Virus record (IMG/VR): IMGVR_UViG_3300045988_134649
Length of the DNA stretch: 55,170 nt
From: a virus
Reading direction: 5' to 3' (one strand)
Part shown: positions 27,892-37,672 of the stretch, piece by piece
Numbering within the stretch: the stretch's first letter is position 1
Layout: every line of letters starts with the position of its first letter
The notes under the pieces: model-generated
The model's input: the letters and a program-made list of their open reading frames with translations, nothing else
Database searches by the model: none
Told to the model about the DNA's origin: nothing
Program-made: the position numbers and the translations under genes

Positions 27892-28433
27892 TACTTGACT
27901 TTCTCCGCATCTTCTGTATATGGTAGAAAATTAAATCCTTTGAACTCTTTTCCTGCATTCGTATGGTCCACTTCCTGCTTGTCAGCAAGCCCTAACTTTC
28001 GGGCAATGATATTCGCATTGAAAGCTCCAACGCACGCTCCTTCAAACTGCTGCGTCTCGATGGTTTCCTCCACGCGTGCGATGACCTCCAAAAAATCTTC
28101 ATCATTCTTATTTCTACATTCGGAACGAAAAGTGCTCCACCACTTGGAAGAAGCACCTACATAAATACAGAAACCGGTTAGGGAATACGGACGGGAAGTC
28201 GGGGAAACCTCTTGTTGTACTTGTTGCTCATTGACTGTCTCCACTTTCTTCCCTTTCTTCCTTCTTACCGGAACAGTCTTTTGAATGGCCTTTTTGGACA
28301 ACCAGGGATTTTCATCACACCATTGGAAATACTCACATGCCGCCTCCCATAAGAGTTCTGGCGTGGAAAAGAGTTTATCCCTCCCATGCTTGCTCCTTAA
28401 CATCCAAAATTTATTTCCCGTCGGTGCCGCCAT
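27891..28433 (-). CDS. Terminase small subunit (candidate)
   Basis: NKFWMLRSKHGRDKLFSTPELLWEAACEYFQWCDENPW resembles small-terminase N-termini of Bacteroidota phages. Position immediately upstream of TerL. Confidence 0.6.
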   Translation of the reverse strand: MAAPTGNKFWMLRSKHGRDKLFSTPELLWEAACEYFQWCDENPWLSKKAIQKTVPVRRKKGKKVETVNEQQVQQEVSPTSRPYSLTGFCIYVGASSKWWSTFRSECRNKNDEDFLEVIARVEETIETQQFEGACVGAFNANIIARKLGLADKQEVDHTNAGKEFKGFNFLPYTEDAEKVK

Positions 28434-28434
28434 C

Positions 28435-29289
28435 TTATTTCTTCTTGAATCGTTCGTCCAATATCTTAGGAACAGTGTTATTCCAATTAATCACGTGGTG
28501 CAATCTTTTCGTTTCCTCGCTATGGCCCATCACGCCCACCTTCACAGAAGACGGCATCATCATAACCGTATAAAAGCTCTTGACATACGTCCCTTGACTC
28601 ATGTATATATCCGTCATACCTCCTTTATTCTTCTGTGTCTGCTTCTGGTTTAGCGCCACTTGTGGAACCTGCAGAAGCAGACATCCCCTGCTCCCAAGTG
28701 TGGTATAGGTGTTCACATCTTCATTAATGCGACCAACGAATTGGAACGGTCTATCTACGGAACAGATGAAAGAATTCATCGCTTTTCGTTTCATCTTCTC
28801 GCCTTTCAAAATATCGTTCTCCTTTCCTCCTACAAAATCGCCTCTCTGAGCCATAGCCAAAGTGAGAGCCGGAATACTTTCATAAAAACGTAGCATAGCT
28901 TCAAATACCACGTCCAATTGCTTTATTGCCCTCTGTTTGACTGTACCATCTCTGCCGTAAGTAAAAGAAAAAACATCGTAATCATCATCCAGTTCTATGA
29001 AGTATTTGTAGCCAAGTTTTCTTGCTATCTGAAAGCAAGCATTACGCGCATAAACAATAGCTCTGCGATCATCAAAATTATCCGCTTCATCAAAAGTCTT
29101 TGCAATCTTTGGTTTATCGAACATTACAACGTTTTTATATTTCGCGTAATACTCTGCGGCCACTTTATCTTCATTGTCTATCACATAAACAATCGGTCCC
29201 GTATAGCCACACTTCCGCAGTGTCTTATCTGTAATGACGGAACCGGCACGGCCATGCGTCAGTATGAATGCTGCAAAATCACTCCTCAT
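28435..29289 (-). CDS. Hypothetical protein with GT-A-like DxD motif (possible glycosyltransferase)
   Basis: KYFIELDDDYDVFSF (DxD-like) after an N-terminal beta-alpha-like segment AAFILTHGRAGSV. Weak, motif-only call. Confidence 0.35.
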   Translation of the reverse strand: MRSDFAAFILTHGRAGSVITDKTLRKCGYTGPIVYVIDNEDKVAAEYYAKYKNVVMFDKPKIAKTFDEADNFDDRRAIVYARNACFQIARKLGYKYFIELDDDYDVFSFTYGRDGTVKQRAIKQLDVVFEAMLRFYESIPALTLAMAQRGDFVGGKENDILKGEKMKRKAMNSFICSVDRPFQFVGRINEDVNTYTTLGSRGCLLLQVPQVALNQKQTQKNKGGMTDIYMSQGTYVKSFYTVMMMPSSVKVGVMGHSEETKRLHHVINWNNTVPKILDERFKKK

Positions 29290-30049
29290 CTTCAGTATCC
29301 TCCAGCATTATTTCATAAATATCTTCCTTGAATCTGGAATAACCGTTCTCTATCGCCTTATCAAAGTCTATTATCACCAGCGCAGACGCTTCCATCAGTT
29401 CCTGAATCTCTTTCTCCTGATGGGCGTAGAACTCTGCTATCCGTCCGTAATCGAATACAATATGTCTCAATGCAGCTATCCGAAGGAAAGACTTCACATT
29501 TTCCGGAACGTTTGAATTATCTATTTCCGAAATCAGTTCTTCATATTTGCTTTTATCATAGAGAGAATTTATTTCCGGGCATACAGGGTTTTTAGGCTCA
29601 TACACCGGAGCTTCAATCTTTTTCGTGTATTTATTCCGGGCATCACTTTCACTATCTACCAGACTATCATAGTCGAAATCAAAGTTTAATCCCCAATCCA
29701 TCAAAGACTCTGCATTCCACTCCTTCAATAGTTTTTCGTCCCATGTACCATTATTCACGTTATCACGGATAATAATCTCCCGTTCTCGTTCTTCTGTCAA
29801 CCCATGAAGCAGAACCGTCGGCACATCAGAAAGTCCTAGTTCTACACTGGCCTCATACCGTTGGTTTCCGGCTATAATCACCAGTTCCCCAGTCCGGTCA
29901 GAGAGTATGATGGGCCGTGCTTCGAAGTAGTCCGGATTACTATGAATAGACTCTTTGAGTATCCGCATCTGCTCCTCTGATATGGTTCTGGGATTGTTAC
30001 TCAGTTTTTTAAGGTCTTCTATTTTTCTATAAATTATCTCCATTGGCAC
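29279..30049 (-). CDS. ParB-like nuclease/DNA-binding domain protein
   Basis: LSNNPRTISEEQMRILKESI...ELVIIAGNQRYEA matches the ParB N-terminal domain pattern. Confidence 0.75.
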   Translation of the reverse strand: MPMEIIYRKIEDLKKLSNNPRTISEEQMRILKESIHSNPDYFEARPIILSDRTGELVIIAGNQRYEASVELGLSDVPTVLLHGLTEEREREIIIRDNVNNGTWDEKLLKEWNAESLMDWGLNFDFDYDSLVDSESDARNKYTKKIEAPVYEPKNPVCPEINSLYDKSKYEELISEIDNSNVPENVKSFLRIAALRHIVFDYGRIAEFYAHQEKEIQELMEASALVIIDFDKAIENGYSRFKEDIYEIMLEDTEDEE

Positions 30050-30332
30050 ACTATTTTACGTTACGAAAATAAAGATACCGAATAATCCACGAACGGACTA
30101 TTCGGCATCAAAGAAGTTACTGACACGATTTGGCAGAAGATTTTGCTTTAGCCAGCAATACCTTAAATAAATCCCAACCTTCAATTTAACAATTACACCG
30201 TTAATGGTTAACAAGTACATTTACCAGCTAAACCATGTTATAAGATGGCTGAACAAAGGCTCATAATTTGCACAACTCCCACAAAACCGTACCTTTGCAA
30301 TGTGTTTTTCATAGTATTAGATTAAGGTTAAT

Positions 30333-30369
30333 AAAAAAGATTGGCTGTCTGGGAAGATAGCCTTTTTTT
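30333..30369. terminator. Bidirectional terminator-like hairpin between the early and late blocks
   Basis: GGCTGTC (30343-30349) / GATAGCC (30356-30362), flanked by an A-run (30333-30338) and a T-run (30363-30369). Confidence 0.55.
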
Positions 30370-30396
30370 GTAACCATTGGCAATATCTTTTCTTTA

Positions 30397-30654
30397 TTAA
30401 TCACCTGGTCGTTCATACCGTTTCTTCAATTGTTTCAAGACTATTTCCATACCGTTATCCAACCCTTTCTTATAGCCGGACATATGTTCACCTATGTTGT
30501 AAATCAAACATCCTACAACAATAAGGACAACCCCTAAAGCTCTATGCCAATAAGGGAGTGATATGCTGAACGGCGAAAATGTCAACCGGAAATGCCCGAT
30601 GAATAATACTGCGATGATGAATATCGCAATAAAGAAAATGAGGTCTGTTTTCAT
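30397..30654 (-). CDS. Small membrane protein
   Basis: 85 aa with two hydrophobic segments. Last gene of the early block. Confidence 0.5.
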   Translation of the reverse strand: MKTDLIFFIAIFIIAVLFIGHFRLTFSPFSISLPYWHRALGVVLIVVGCLIYNIGEHMSGYKKGLDNGMEIVLKQLKKRYERPGD

Positions 30655-30663
30655 GTCTATTCC

Positions 30664-31059
30664 TTATATTAAATTGGGATTATCGTAAATATTACTGACG
30701 ATTGTCATAGTCTGCCATTCGCCTAAAGGTCTCATGCCGACTTTTTTTTCAAAATCGAATTGTAATGCGAATGTAGCAAGTTCTTTGTTCCACAATACAA
30801 GAGCTATATGTTGCTCACACATAAGTATGTCGCCTTCATAGATTTCTTTACCGCTCTTGTCGCACAAGCCGGTGAACTGCCCGACGGTTTCAGCCCATAC
30901 GTCGTAACAGCAGCCGTCTTCCGGAGAATATATCCTCGCCTTGTCCGTAAAGATAAGCCCGTTTTCGTCCCTTCCGGCAGTATAGAAAAAAGAGAGAAAT
31001 CCATATACCCATTTCCCAGTATCAATACCTTTACCTCTGAATTTTATTTCACGCTTCAT
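30664..31059 (-). CDS. YopX-family protein
   Basis: Start at MKREIKFRGK. ...VGQFTGLCDKSGKEIYEGDIL... and C-terminal SNIYDNPNLI are YopX hallmarks. Confidence 0.75.
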   Translation of the reverse strand: MKREIKFRGKGIDTGKWVYGFLSFFYTAGRDENGLIFTDKARIYSPEDGCCYDVWAETVGQFTGLCDKSGKEIYEGDILMCEQHIALVLWNKELATFALQFDFEKKVGMRPLGEWQTMTIVSNIYDNPNLI

Positions 31060-31061
31060 AA

Positions 31062-31634
31062 TCAATACCTTTTTCCATGTTTGTTTTCTCTCAATTCGTT
31101 GTATCGCATCTTCTGCTCCACATGCCATATAAGGTCTATGTTCAGATGTTTGGCAAACCCGAAAATAGCCAATAGCATGCTATTTAATTGATTTTCTAAT
31201 AGACTGTCATATTCATACTCACACCGTATAGGAATTGTAGATATAGCGTATATGCTTTCTGTGAAGGTCTCATTATTGCAGCTTTCTGTTGCTTCGTATA
31301 TCATTTCACCTGAAAAATCATCAATGGATATATTTCTTAATCCAGCCAAATCAAGCAGGCGTATGCAGGCGTCGGCAAACTCGTCTTCCACACAGTCTTT
31401 GATATATTTTTCAAAACTATACTTAAAATCGGCATTGTAATGCGGCTCTTCATCCTCATAATAATCTTTGAAAGATTTCCTATCAGCATATTTATTGTTT
31501 CTATCCGCTTCCACAGCTTCCATAAGCTCGGATATGACAAGGCAAAGGCAGTGTTCATTACTCAGCTCTTCATCGTGAAAACCGTGTTCGCAAGCGGTTT
31601 TATAGGCGCGGTCGCGCAATTCATTTAGATTCAT
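31062..31634 (-). CDS. MazG-like nucleotide pyrophosphohydrolase (candidate)
   Basis: NELRDRAYKTACEHGFHDE...VISELMEAVEADR is the all-alpha NTP-PPase-type EExxE-like pattern. Confidence 0.5.
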   Translation of the reverse strand: MNLNELRDRAYKTACEHGFHDEELSNEHCLCLVISELMEAVEADRNNKYADRKSFKDYYEDEEPHYNADFKYSFEKYIKDCVEDEFADACIRLLDLAGLRNISIDDFSGEMIYEATESCNNETFTESIYAISTIPIRCEYEYDSLLENQLNSMLLAIFGFAKHLNIDLIWHVEQKMRYNELRENKHGKRY

Positions 31635-31932
31635 GTTTCCTATCCTTTAATTTGTTATACTCATCCTCAATACATTTATTGATTTTAGCGGCTTCCTCGT
31701 ACCGTTCCTCATTAATCATTGCGCTTTTCAGCCATTCAAGTTGGTTTATATAAATGAATCGGTTACACTCTGAAACCCTACGGGTGTATTCCCTTATCTC
31801 ATTCAGCTTGTCCTCCATGCGCCTATGCCATCTGCTTACCATGATTAGGACAAATCCTAATGCAACGGCATTGAATAAAGTGATGGAGATTTTAATTATC
31901 AGTCCTACAGTTTCCATAATCATATTAATCAA
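31621..31932 (-). CDS. Small TM protein
   Basis: N-terminal TM, then a charged helix. Packed in the early array. Confidence 0.45.
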   Translation of the reverse strand: MINMIMETVGLIIKISITLFNAVALGFVLIMVSRWHRRMEDKLNEIREYTRRVSECNRFIYINQLEWLKSAMINEERYEEAAKINKCIEDEYNKLKDRKHESK

Positions 31933-32563
31933 TCAGTTCAAATTCGTAAGCAAATACATAAGGGTTGGACTCCCACGTACCTTTGCCGGAGACTTTATCT
32001 ATGAGGGCGGCAAAGGCTTCACGAGGGGTGCAATAAGGCTGAATGTCCCCTTTATAATAATAAGCATCCATAAAATGTGTATCTGCACTTCCGCATTGTC
32101 CTTTATAAATTCCTTCTTTCAAGCAATCTTTATCGGAGATGCCTTGAAGTTTTTCTATCTTGATATTGGTAATGCGGATATGATGGGGCATGAGTTCGGC
32201 TTTTGTAAACAACTTGTTAGTCCAACCTGCAAGAGAATTGATAGTTGTTTTATTACCATTACTCTTCCATTGAGATACCTCCGCAAGGGATAAATCTAAA
32301 TAGCTCTGCGCAATAGCAACAACTTCACCAACCTTGTATTTTGGAAATATCTCGCCCATATCAAACTCTCTTTCATCTGCATCATACATACAAGGCCAAC
32401 CCACAATCTTTTTATCAGAATGGCGTCTGTGTATATTGAATCCGGCAACCCATTCTCCTTTAAAAGTTCTTGGACATTTGACTATTCTTCTCGTCATAGT
32501 CTTCCGACCATCCAATACAGCCTGGGTTAGACTGTATTTATCATTGAACATTATCTTCTTCAT
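31925..32563 (-). CDS. ASCH-domain-like protein
   Basis: MFNDKYSLTQAVLDGRKTMTRRIV matches the ASCH/PUA-like N-terminal motif. Confidence 0.5.
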   Translation of the reverse strand: MKKIMFNDKYSLTQAVLDGRKTMTRRIVKCPRTFKGEWVAGFNIHRRHSDKKIVGWPCMYDADEREFDMGEIFPKYKVGEVVAIAQSYLDLSLAEVSQWKSNGNKTTINSLAGWTNKLFTKAELMPHHIRITNIKIEKLQGISDKDCLKEGIYKGQCGSADTHFMDAYYYKGDIQPYCTPREAFAALIDKVSGKGTWESNPYVFAYEFELID

Positions 32564-32574
32564 TGCTGTTTCTC

Positions 32575-32838
32575 CTATACTTTAAAAGACAATTTCTCAA
32601 GTTTCTCAATCTGCTTACGAAGGGAAGCGATTTCCCTAATCCTCATTTCTTCCGCCTTTTTCAACGCTTCGGATTTATCGGTGAATGCGTTTTCCCCTAT
32701 ACAGAAGTAAGAACATAAACCATCCATTACATATTCTCCATCTTCAAATCTACTTCTAATAATATCTGCTTCTATCTCTTTAATACCTTTTGTTAAGGCA
32801 TACTTTGTTATAAATACTTTTGCCATAGTTGTAATCAT
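32575..32838 (-). CDS. Hypothetical early protein
   Basis: 87-aa ORF in the co-directional early array. Confidence 0.45.
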   Translation of the reverse strand: MITTMAKVFITKYALTKGIKEIEADIIRSRFEDGEYVMDGLCSYFCIGENAFTDKSEALKKAEEMRIREIASLRKQIEKLEKLSFKV

Positions 32839-32846
32839 TTATAAGG

Positions 32847-33437
32847 TTAAAGTGAATTAAGAGAGATAGCGGACACGGGGCGAACCCAATTGTAACTGCC
32901 CTGATCGTCGTTGAACCTATTACCATTGTCCCAATTGAGAATAAAATTATTGCGTTTGTTTGCTTTTCTCGTAGAACACCAATACCATTCATTTTTTATT
33001 GGTTGTTTTCCGCAGATAGCTAAGGCTGCATTCAGCATAACCTTATGTTCATACCCTAAGACACTCTCTTGTAGTGTAGGAATGTGCCAACTTAATCCAC
33101 ATAAGTCCAATGCTATGACTTTCTCAGCAATTTCGCTTCCGGATACAGCTAATGCTTTGGTATTACCTATTCCATCGGTATCCTTCATACCTTCTTCTGT
33201 GGTTGGATATATCTTTCCTGTTTGCTCTTTCTCCCAATCAAGAAGAATATGGGTATCATTATCCATATCTTCCGGATAGAAGAATAAAGCATTGCCATCA
33301 TGGATAATAACTGCACATTGTGCCTGTTCGTTTTCTTCATGCAGTCCCCAAAATTTAGGTTCTACAAAATTCTTATTGACGGTAAAGATGAATACACCAT
33401 TACCTACATTTTCTTTTGTGTAAATTCCTTTGCTCAT
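32847..33437 (-). CDS. DUF1566-like protein
   Basis: WHIPTLQESV...EWYWCSTR...NWVRPVSA resembles the DUF1566 (Lcl C-terminal) pattern. Confidence 0.45.
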   Translation of the reverse strand: MSKGIYTKENVGNGVFIFTVNKNFVEPKFWGLHEENEQAQCAVIIHDGNALFFYPEDMDNDTHILLDWEKEQTGKIYPTTEEGMKDTDGIGNTKALAVSGSEIAEKVIALDLCGLSWHIPTLQESVLGYEHKVMLNAALAICGKQPIKNEWYWCSTRKANKRNNFILNWDNGNRFNDDQGSYNWVRPVSAISLNSL

Positions 33438-33442
33438 AATGG

Positions 33443-33883
33443 TTATATAAGTTTTAAAGTTTCTTGTATTCCGGCCTCCAATGCTTCTTCGTAGGATTTA
33501 TAATGGATAATAGGTCTGTCAGACAATCCAACTAAGTCATGGTTCGGAATTGTTAGTATATCATATATCCAATAATTTTCATACATATAGGATATTTCAA
33601 TATGCAGGTTCTTGGTTTCACGAAGCCACTTTTGGGCAAATGATTGGTTTGGTGCAGATATTAAATGTATAGCTATCTGACATTTGTTACATGGAATAAA
33701 ATTTGCACATGTATGGAAATTTTCACATAATTCTGGAACTGGAAGTGAATTATAACTCGATTCAATCCTATTAGGGTCTTGGTATAAATCTCCATTATTT
33801 TTATAAGCGAATAATGTTCTTTCATTAAACCCTTTCTTTTTCAGCAGCTTCGCTGTCTCTAATGTTACAAGTTCTTCGGTCAT
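33443..33883 (-). CDS. Hypothetical early protein
   Basis: 146-aa ORF in the early array. Confidence 0.45.
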   Translation of the reverse strand: MTEELVTLETAKLLKKKGFNERTLFAYKNNGDLYQDPNRIESSYNSLPVPELCENFHTCANFIPCNKCQIAIHLISAPNQSFAQKWLRETKNLHIEISYMYENYWIYDILTIPNHDLVGLSDRPIIHYKSYEEALEAGIQETLKLI

Positions 33884-33912
33884 GGTTGTTTCTCCTCTTT
33901 TCTTGTTTTGAT

Positions 33913-34146
33913 TTATAACTCTTTAAATTCCTGCTCCAGTCGGCATTTTTTTACATAAAGTCCATCTATAATGTATTGGGTACAATACTTGGGAAGAGTG
34001 ATAACCGCAATGTCACCGGATGTCTTGACGGCATCGCGATACACACAGCATTCCCTGCTGCTTTTTAGAATTGACTCAAGAAGAGAATTACACTTTTCAA
34101 TCTCTTCCTTAAGGATTTTAGCCCTTTCAAACGATTCATTTTTCAT
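33913..34146 (-). CDS. Hypothetical early protein
   Basis: Start taken at MKNESFERAK, giving a 4-nt overlap with the upstream gene. Confidence 0.4.
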   Translation of the reverse strand: MKNESFERAKILKEEIEKCNSLLESILKSSRECCVYRDAVKTSGDIAVITLPKYCTQYIIDGLYVKKCRLEQEFKEL

Positions 34147-34493
34147 AAAAAATAATAATGAGACGTACACAGAGGAGGGAAATTAATGGCTGCCGCACAA
34201 CCGTTAATCTCTTGCCAGAAGTGTTCCTCCTCTATTTTTACCCATGAGGACCACAACAAACCGTCCATATCCCTGCGTACATAGAAAGGCGGTCCGTAAG
34301 GGTCACATACAGCCAATATCTGCACATGGCTGTTTTCATTGTAGGACACAACTTTCATCTTGGAGGAATCGAACAAATCCCCCTCTATTTTCTTTCCCGG
34401 ACTGATGTTGTACGAGTAGTTAAAGTCCTTATGTACATTCAAGGTCTTCCATGGGTATTCCGGGAAATCTATTATTCTCAGGTCCATTCTCAC
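34143..34493 (-). CDS. Hypothetical early protein
   Basis: 116-aa ORF with 4-nt overlaps on both sides. Confidence 0.45.
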   Translation of the reverse strand: MRMDLRIIDFPEYPWKTLNVHKDFNYSYNISPGKKIEGDLFDSSKMKVVSYNENSHVQILAVCDPYGPPFYVRRDMDGLLWSSWVKIEEEHFWQEINGCAAAINFPPLCTSHYYFL

Positions 34494-34939
34494 TCCTCTG
34501 TTTTCAGTTCAATCTTTTCTGCCCGTCCCCACCAGGAGCGCTTGTTGTGCTCTTTAATCAAGTTTTCCAGCAGGTAGCGCTTGTATTCTTCATCAGAAGC
34601 TTTTCTGCGTTCTTCATAAACCTTTTCTTGCAGGGAATTGGCCTTGTTTTCCAACCTGGTAATTTCTTCGACAAGCTTCTTGACATACTCATCCTTCAAG
34701 GAATAGATAGCCCGTGTTTTCCTGGAAAAACTGAATCCTTCTTGTACATCAGTAAATTCAGCCAGCGTATTCCCGTCACCCAACGCTACGACAAGCATGG
34801 AAATACTTTCCGCGCTTATCTCATAGCGTTCTTTTATCTCAAAGGAATCAGGCAGTTTCCCGTTCTTGATTTCTATTCCGTCCACATTGAATATAAGGTC
34901 CTTGCCGTCAAAGACCACTTCTTTCTTGTTCTGTTCCAT
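34490..34939 (-). CDS. Hypothetical early protein
   Basis: 149-aa ORF with a coiled-coil C-terminus. Confidence 0.45.
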   Translation of the reverse strand: MEQNKKEVVFDGKDLIFNVDGIEIKNGKLPDSFEIKERYEISAESISMLVVALGDGNTLAEFTDVQEGFSFSRKTRAIYSLKDEYVKKLVEEITRLENKANSLQEKVYEERRKASDEEYKRYLLENLIKEHNKRSWWGRAEKIELKTEE

Positions 34940-34943
34940 GATA

Positions 34944-35432
34944 CTAATCTTTATTTATAACGTCGTTGATGTTCCACTCTATTTGAGGGACTTGAATCTT
35001 TTGGGAGAATAGTCCCTGTAATTCCTTTACAGTAGCCTTGTGCGCTTGTGCTACGTCTGTCCCATAATACCACCGGTCATGATTGCAAAGAATAAAATCC
35101 CCTTTGTGTTGGTAGCATCCGACCGCTTCCCATATGTTGTCATGGTCCAATACAAACCATTGGTTCTTGTCTGTATCATCTCTCAATGCAGCAATACCCA
35201 AGAAAAATTCTTCATTGGTTCCGCAATCAATAGAAATATCTATATCTGGGTTATTTTGCAAATCCCATTCAGGGGTTGCAACATATCTCCATTCCTTTGT
35301 TTCCTTAATTCGGAATGTTGCAAGACATTTACCCATCCATTTTCCATTATTAAGTTTATATCCCAAAATTTCCAGCTTCTTCCGAAGCTCCGGTGTATTT
35401 TTGCGTATAAAGCACGGTGTTGTAAATCCCAT
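34944..35432 (-). CDS. Hypothetical early protein
   Basis: 162-aa ORF in the early array. Confidence 0.45.
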   Translation of the reverse strand: MGFTTPCFIRKNTPELRKKLEILGYKLNNGKWMGKCLATFRIKETKEWRYVATPEWDLQNNPDIDISIDCGTNEEFFLGIAALRDDTDKNQWFVLDHDNIWEAVGCYQHKGDFILCNHDRWYYGTDVAQAHKATVKELQGLFSQKIQVPQIEWNINDVINKD

Positions 35433-35434
35433 AT

Positions 35435-35683
35435 TTATTCTCCTTTCAGTCTTTTAAAAAATTTCATCGGAGACACTAAGGAACCCGACGAAATGTCTTT
35501 GAAAATTTCACTATCATCATTCACACCCAATACAAGACAATACTCCTGCGGATTAACTTTTGCCAATTCTTGGAGCATCTTCTCCCGATTTACACCAGCA
35601 TAAAGAATCCCGGTATATTCCAAAGTAATAGAACCGTGCATATCTTTCAAATCTGATAGCCTTAATATTTCTCCTCTTGACAT
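35435..35683 (-). CDS. Hypothetical early protein
   Basis: 82-aa ORF in the early array. Confidence 0.4.
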   Translation of the reverse strand: MSRGEILRLSDLKDMHGSITLEYTGILYAGVNREKMLQELAKVNPQEYCLVLGVNDDSEIFKDISSGSLVSPMKFFKRLKGE

Positions 35684-35686
35684 TAT

Positions 35687-35860
35687 TCAATCTCCTTTCA
35701 GTTTCTTTATTAGTGAATCAGCGAAACCAATACTCCATTCTGCCACCATATTTGAGTCAGCATCCATTATCTGTTGATGTGGATTGCTACAGAATCCTTG
35801 CATTGCAGCCTTTACCAGTTCATAACGCCTCTGTTCCCAATCAATTTTCTTTTCTTCCAT
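35687..35860 (-). CDS. Hypothetical early protein
   Basis: Start taken at MEEKKIDWEQ to minimise overlap with 35841..36278. Confidence 0.35.
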   Translation of the reverse strand: MEEKKIDWEQRRYELVKAAMQGFCSNPHQQIMDADSNMVAEWSIGFADSLIKKLKGD

Positions 35861-36278
35861 CTTTAACCTCCTTATTAATTTTAATAAACCCCTTTTGAAT
35901 GCACCAGCACAACATCTCGTAGGCTGCATCAATTAATAAATCATCAGTAAAATGTTTGAGGCAATCATCTATATCTTCAACATTTCGATATGCTACAGTG
36001 TCTCTTTCAATCATCCATACAAACAATATTTGTTTGGACGGAAATGGATTCAAATAATGTGGCAGCTTGTCGAGAATGTCCTGCAAGGTATAAGCAGGAT
36101 ATTCATGTTTCATATTCGGTTGAGAAACGAAGAGAGTAAGCTCTTTCTCTGTTTCATCTGTTCCATTGATAATAGCATCGGCAGTAGGTAAATACTGCCA
36201 GTGCATACTTGCATCACCCGTATCTAATCCAAGCTCCTGCAAGTGCTTCATCTGTTCGACTGATAATACTTGTTTCAT
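35841..36278 (-). CDS. Hypothetical early protein
   Basis: 145-aa ORF in the early array. Confidence 0.45.
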   Translation of the reverse strand: MKQVLSVEQMKHLQELGLDTGDASMHWQYLPTADAIINGTDETEKELTLFVSQPNMKHEYPAYTLQDILDKLPHYLNPFPSKQILFVWMIERDTVAYRNVEDIDDCLKHFTDDLLIDAAYEMLCWCIQKGFIKINKEVKDGRKEN

Positions 36279-36472
36279 TTCTTTTCCTCCTCCGTTTTAA
36301 TCTCTGTTACTTTACCACGACTGACAAATATATCTCCACCCAGCATGTAGCACATTAATATTGATTGATGACAAATACTATAAAGAGAGCAATCATCACA
36401 ATAAGCCTCTGAATTAGTATTCACCAATTTATGCAGCACTCCGTCTATTATTATTCCGTTCTTTACTTCCAT
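36275..36472 (-). CDS. Small Cys-containing protein
   Basis: 65-aa ORF with a 4-nt overlap downstream. Confidence 0.4.
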   Translation of the reverse strand: MEVKNGIIIDGVLHKLVNTNSEAYCDDCSLYSICHQSILMCYMLGGDIFVSRGKVTEIKTEEEKK

Positions 36473-36481
36473 GACCTTCTC

Positions 36482-36667
36482 CTATTCCTTTTTAAGTTTT
36501 AAAAACAACATTATTCTGTCCCATAATACCATATAGCTGTCCCAGTAATCGCTAAAGCTGAAATAGTACCAGCTCATTTGCAAATACCATATCGGCAGAT
36601 AGGCTATGAATATGGCGAACCATAAAGGGATAAGCAGCCATCGGAGTATCAGTCTTAATTTTATCAT
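36482..36667 (-). CDS. Small Trp-rich membrane protein
   Basis: Start at MIKLRL. LILRWLLIPLWFAIFIAYLPIWYL is a hydrophobic segment. Confidence 0.4.
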   Translation of the reverse strand: MIKLRLILRWLLIPLWFAIFIAYLPIWYLQMSWYYFSFSDYWDSYMVLWDRIMLFLKLKKE

Positions 36668-36858
36668 AGTGTTAAAATAATATCTATTCTTATACACTCT
36701 TTGGGTTGAGATAAAGGTTCTGATTTTGCGTTTTCCCGATACACATAAACTATATTGGATTTCAATCCGGTTTCTAATTCGAGATTTTCCAGAATCCGGG
36801 CTATCTCCATTTCTGCTTTCACTTTCTTTATTTTAGCTTCTTCTACCGTCTGTTTCAT
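36664..36858 (-). CDS. Hypothetical early protein
   Basis: Start at MKQTVEEAKI (ATG 36858), overlapping the stop of 36855..37040. Confidence 0.4.
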   Translation of the reverse strand: MKQTVEEAKIKKVKAEMEIARILENLELETGLKSNIVYVYRENAKSEPLSQPKECIRIDIILTL

Positions 36859-37040
36859 GATTTTATCTTTTGATAGTCCAACACAATACCTCTTTTCTCC
36901 AGTTCCTTTAGAGCCTGTTTCTTGCAGTCCTCCTTTACTTTCTCGTCGGTCTTGTTCTCCCAGCAATCCACACAAAACACCCCATAAGGCGTATTATAAC
37001 AGCCGCCCTTTACGGGCTTTCCGCATTTTTCACACTTCAT
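36855..37040 (-). CDS. Zn-ribbon protein
   Basis: CEKCGKP...CVDCW: two CxxC pairs. Confidence 0.5.
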   Translation of the reverse strand: MKCEKCGKPVKGGCYNTPYGVFCVDCWENKTDEKVKEDCKKQALKELEKRGIVLDYQKIKS

Positions 37041-37342
37041 TTCTTACCCTCCTTATCAAATTCGGATAATGCCTGCTCACAAAACTTGACCTGTTCCAAA
37101 GCATAATCCCTCCTATAGGTTATTATATCACGTGTTGTATAGTCCGTACAAAATCGGCCTATAATGCTCCTAACATGAAATCTCACTGGCTGCTCGCAAT
37201 GGTTCAGAAGAATCACGTATTCATCGTTTCTCGGATGAAAGCACAAAAACCGATAATAATTCACTTCACCATTCAAGCATTCAATCAGTTTTTCATCTTC
37301 CCTTAGATTTTCAATGTCTTCTATATTTCTTATTGGTCTCAT
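37037..37342 (-). CDS. Hypothetical early protein
   Basis: 101-aa ORF with a 4-nt overlap downstream. Confidence 0.45.
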   Translation of the reverse strand: MRPIRNIEDIENLREDEKLIECLNGEVNYYRFLCFHPRNDEYVILLNHCEQPVRFHVRSIIGRFCTDYTTRDIITYRRDYALEQVKFCEQALSEFDKEGKK

Positions 37343-37345
37343 AAT

Positions 37346-37672
37346 TCAATATTTTTTATTATTTTTTCTATTCCGCTCGCTCTGTACCTCTGCCATACAC
37401 ATCTTGCACCATGACGCTTTCAGATGGTATTCCTTACCGTTACGACGGGCTGTCCTATCGAAGAATCTGGATAATGGAAGTGCTCTACCGCAACGGGTGC
37501 ACAGTTTACGCTCCACTCCGTCAACCACCACCCGGTTACGGGGTTTCCTCCTCACGATTTCACATGGTCCGCATTCGGACGCACCGTACCTCCTGCAATA
37601 GGCAAGTGAGTGCTTGCCGCACTTGGCGAAGGAGGTGCAATCCGAACGGGGAACTATCTGGTGAATGTTCAT
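37346..37672 (-). CDS. Cys-rich (Zn-binding-like) basic protein
   Basis: CGPCE...CTRCG...CKMC motifs. 4-nt overlap with the upstream methyltransferase fusion. Confidence 0.45.
   Translation of the reverse strand: MNIHQIVPRSDCTSFAKCGKHSLAYCRRYGASECGPCEIVRRKPRNRVVVDGVERKLCTRCGRALPLSRFFDRTARRNGKEYHLKASWCKMCMAEVQSERNRKNNKKY

Noticed and set aside
34451-35603. + strand ORFs (169, 187 and 107 aa) antisense to the early-gene array.
   Set aside because: They are nested opposite a continuous series of tightly coupled minus-strand ORFs. Their translations are Phe/Leu/Ile/Ser-rich, as expected for the antisense of AT-rich coding DNA.
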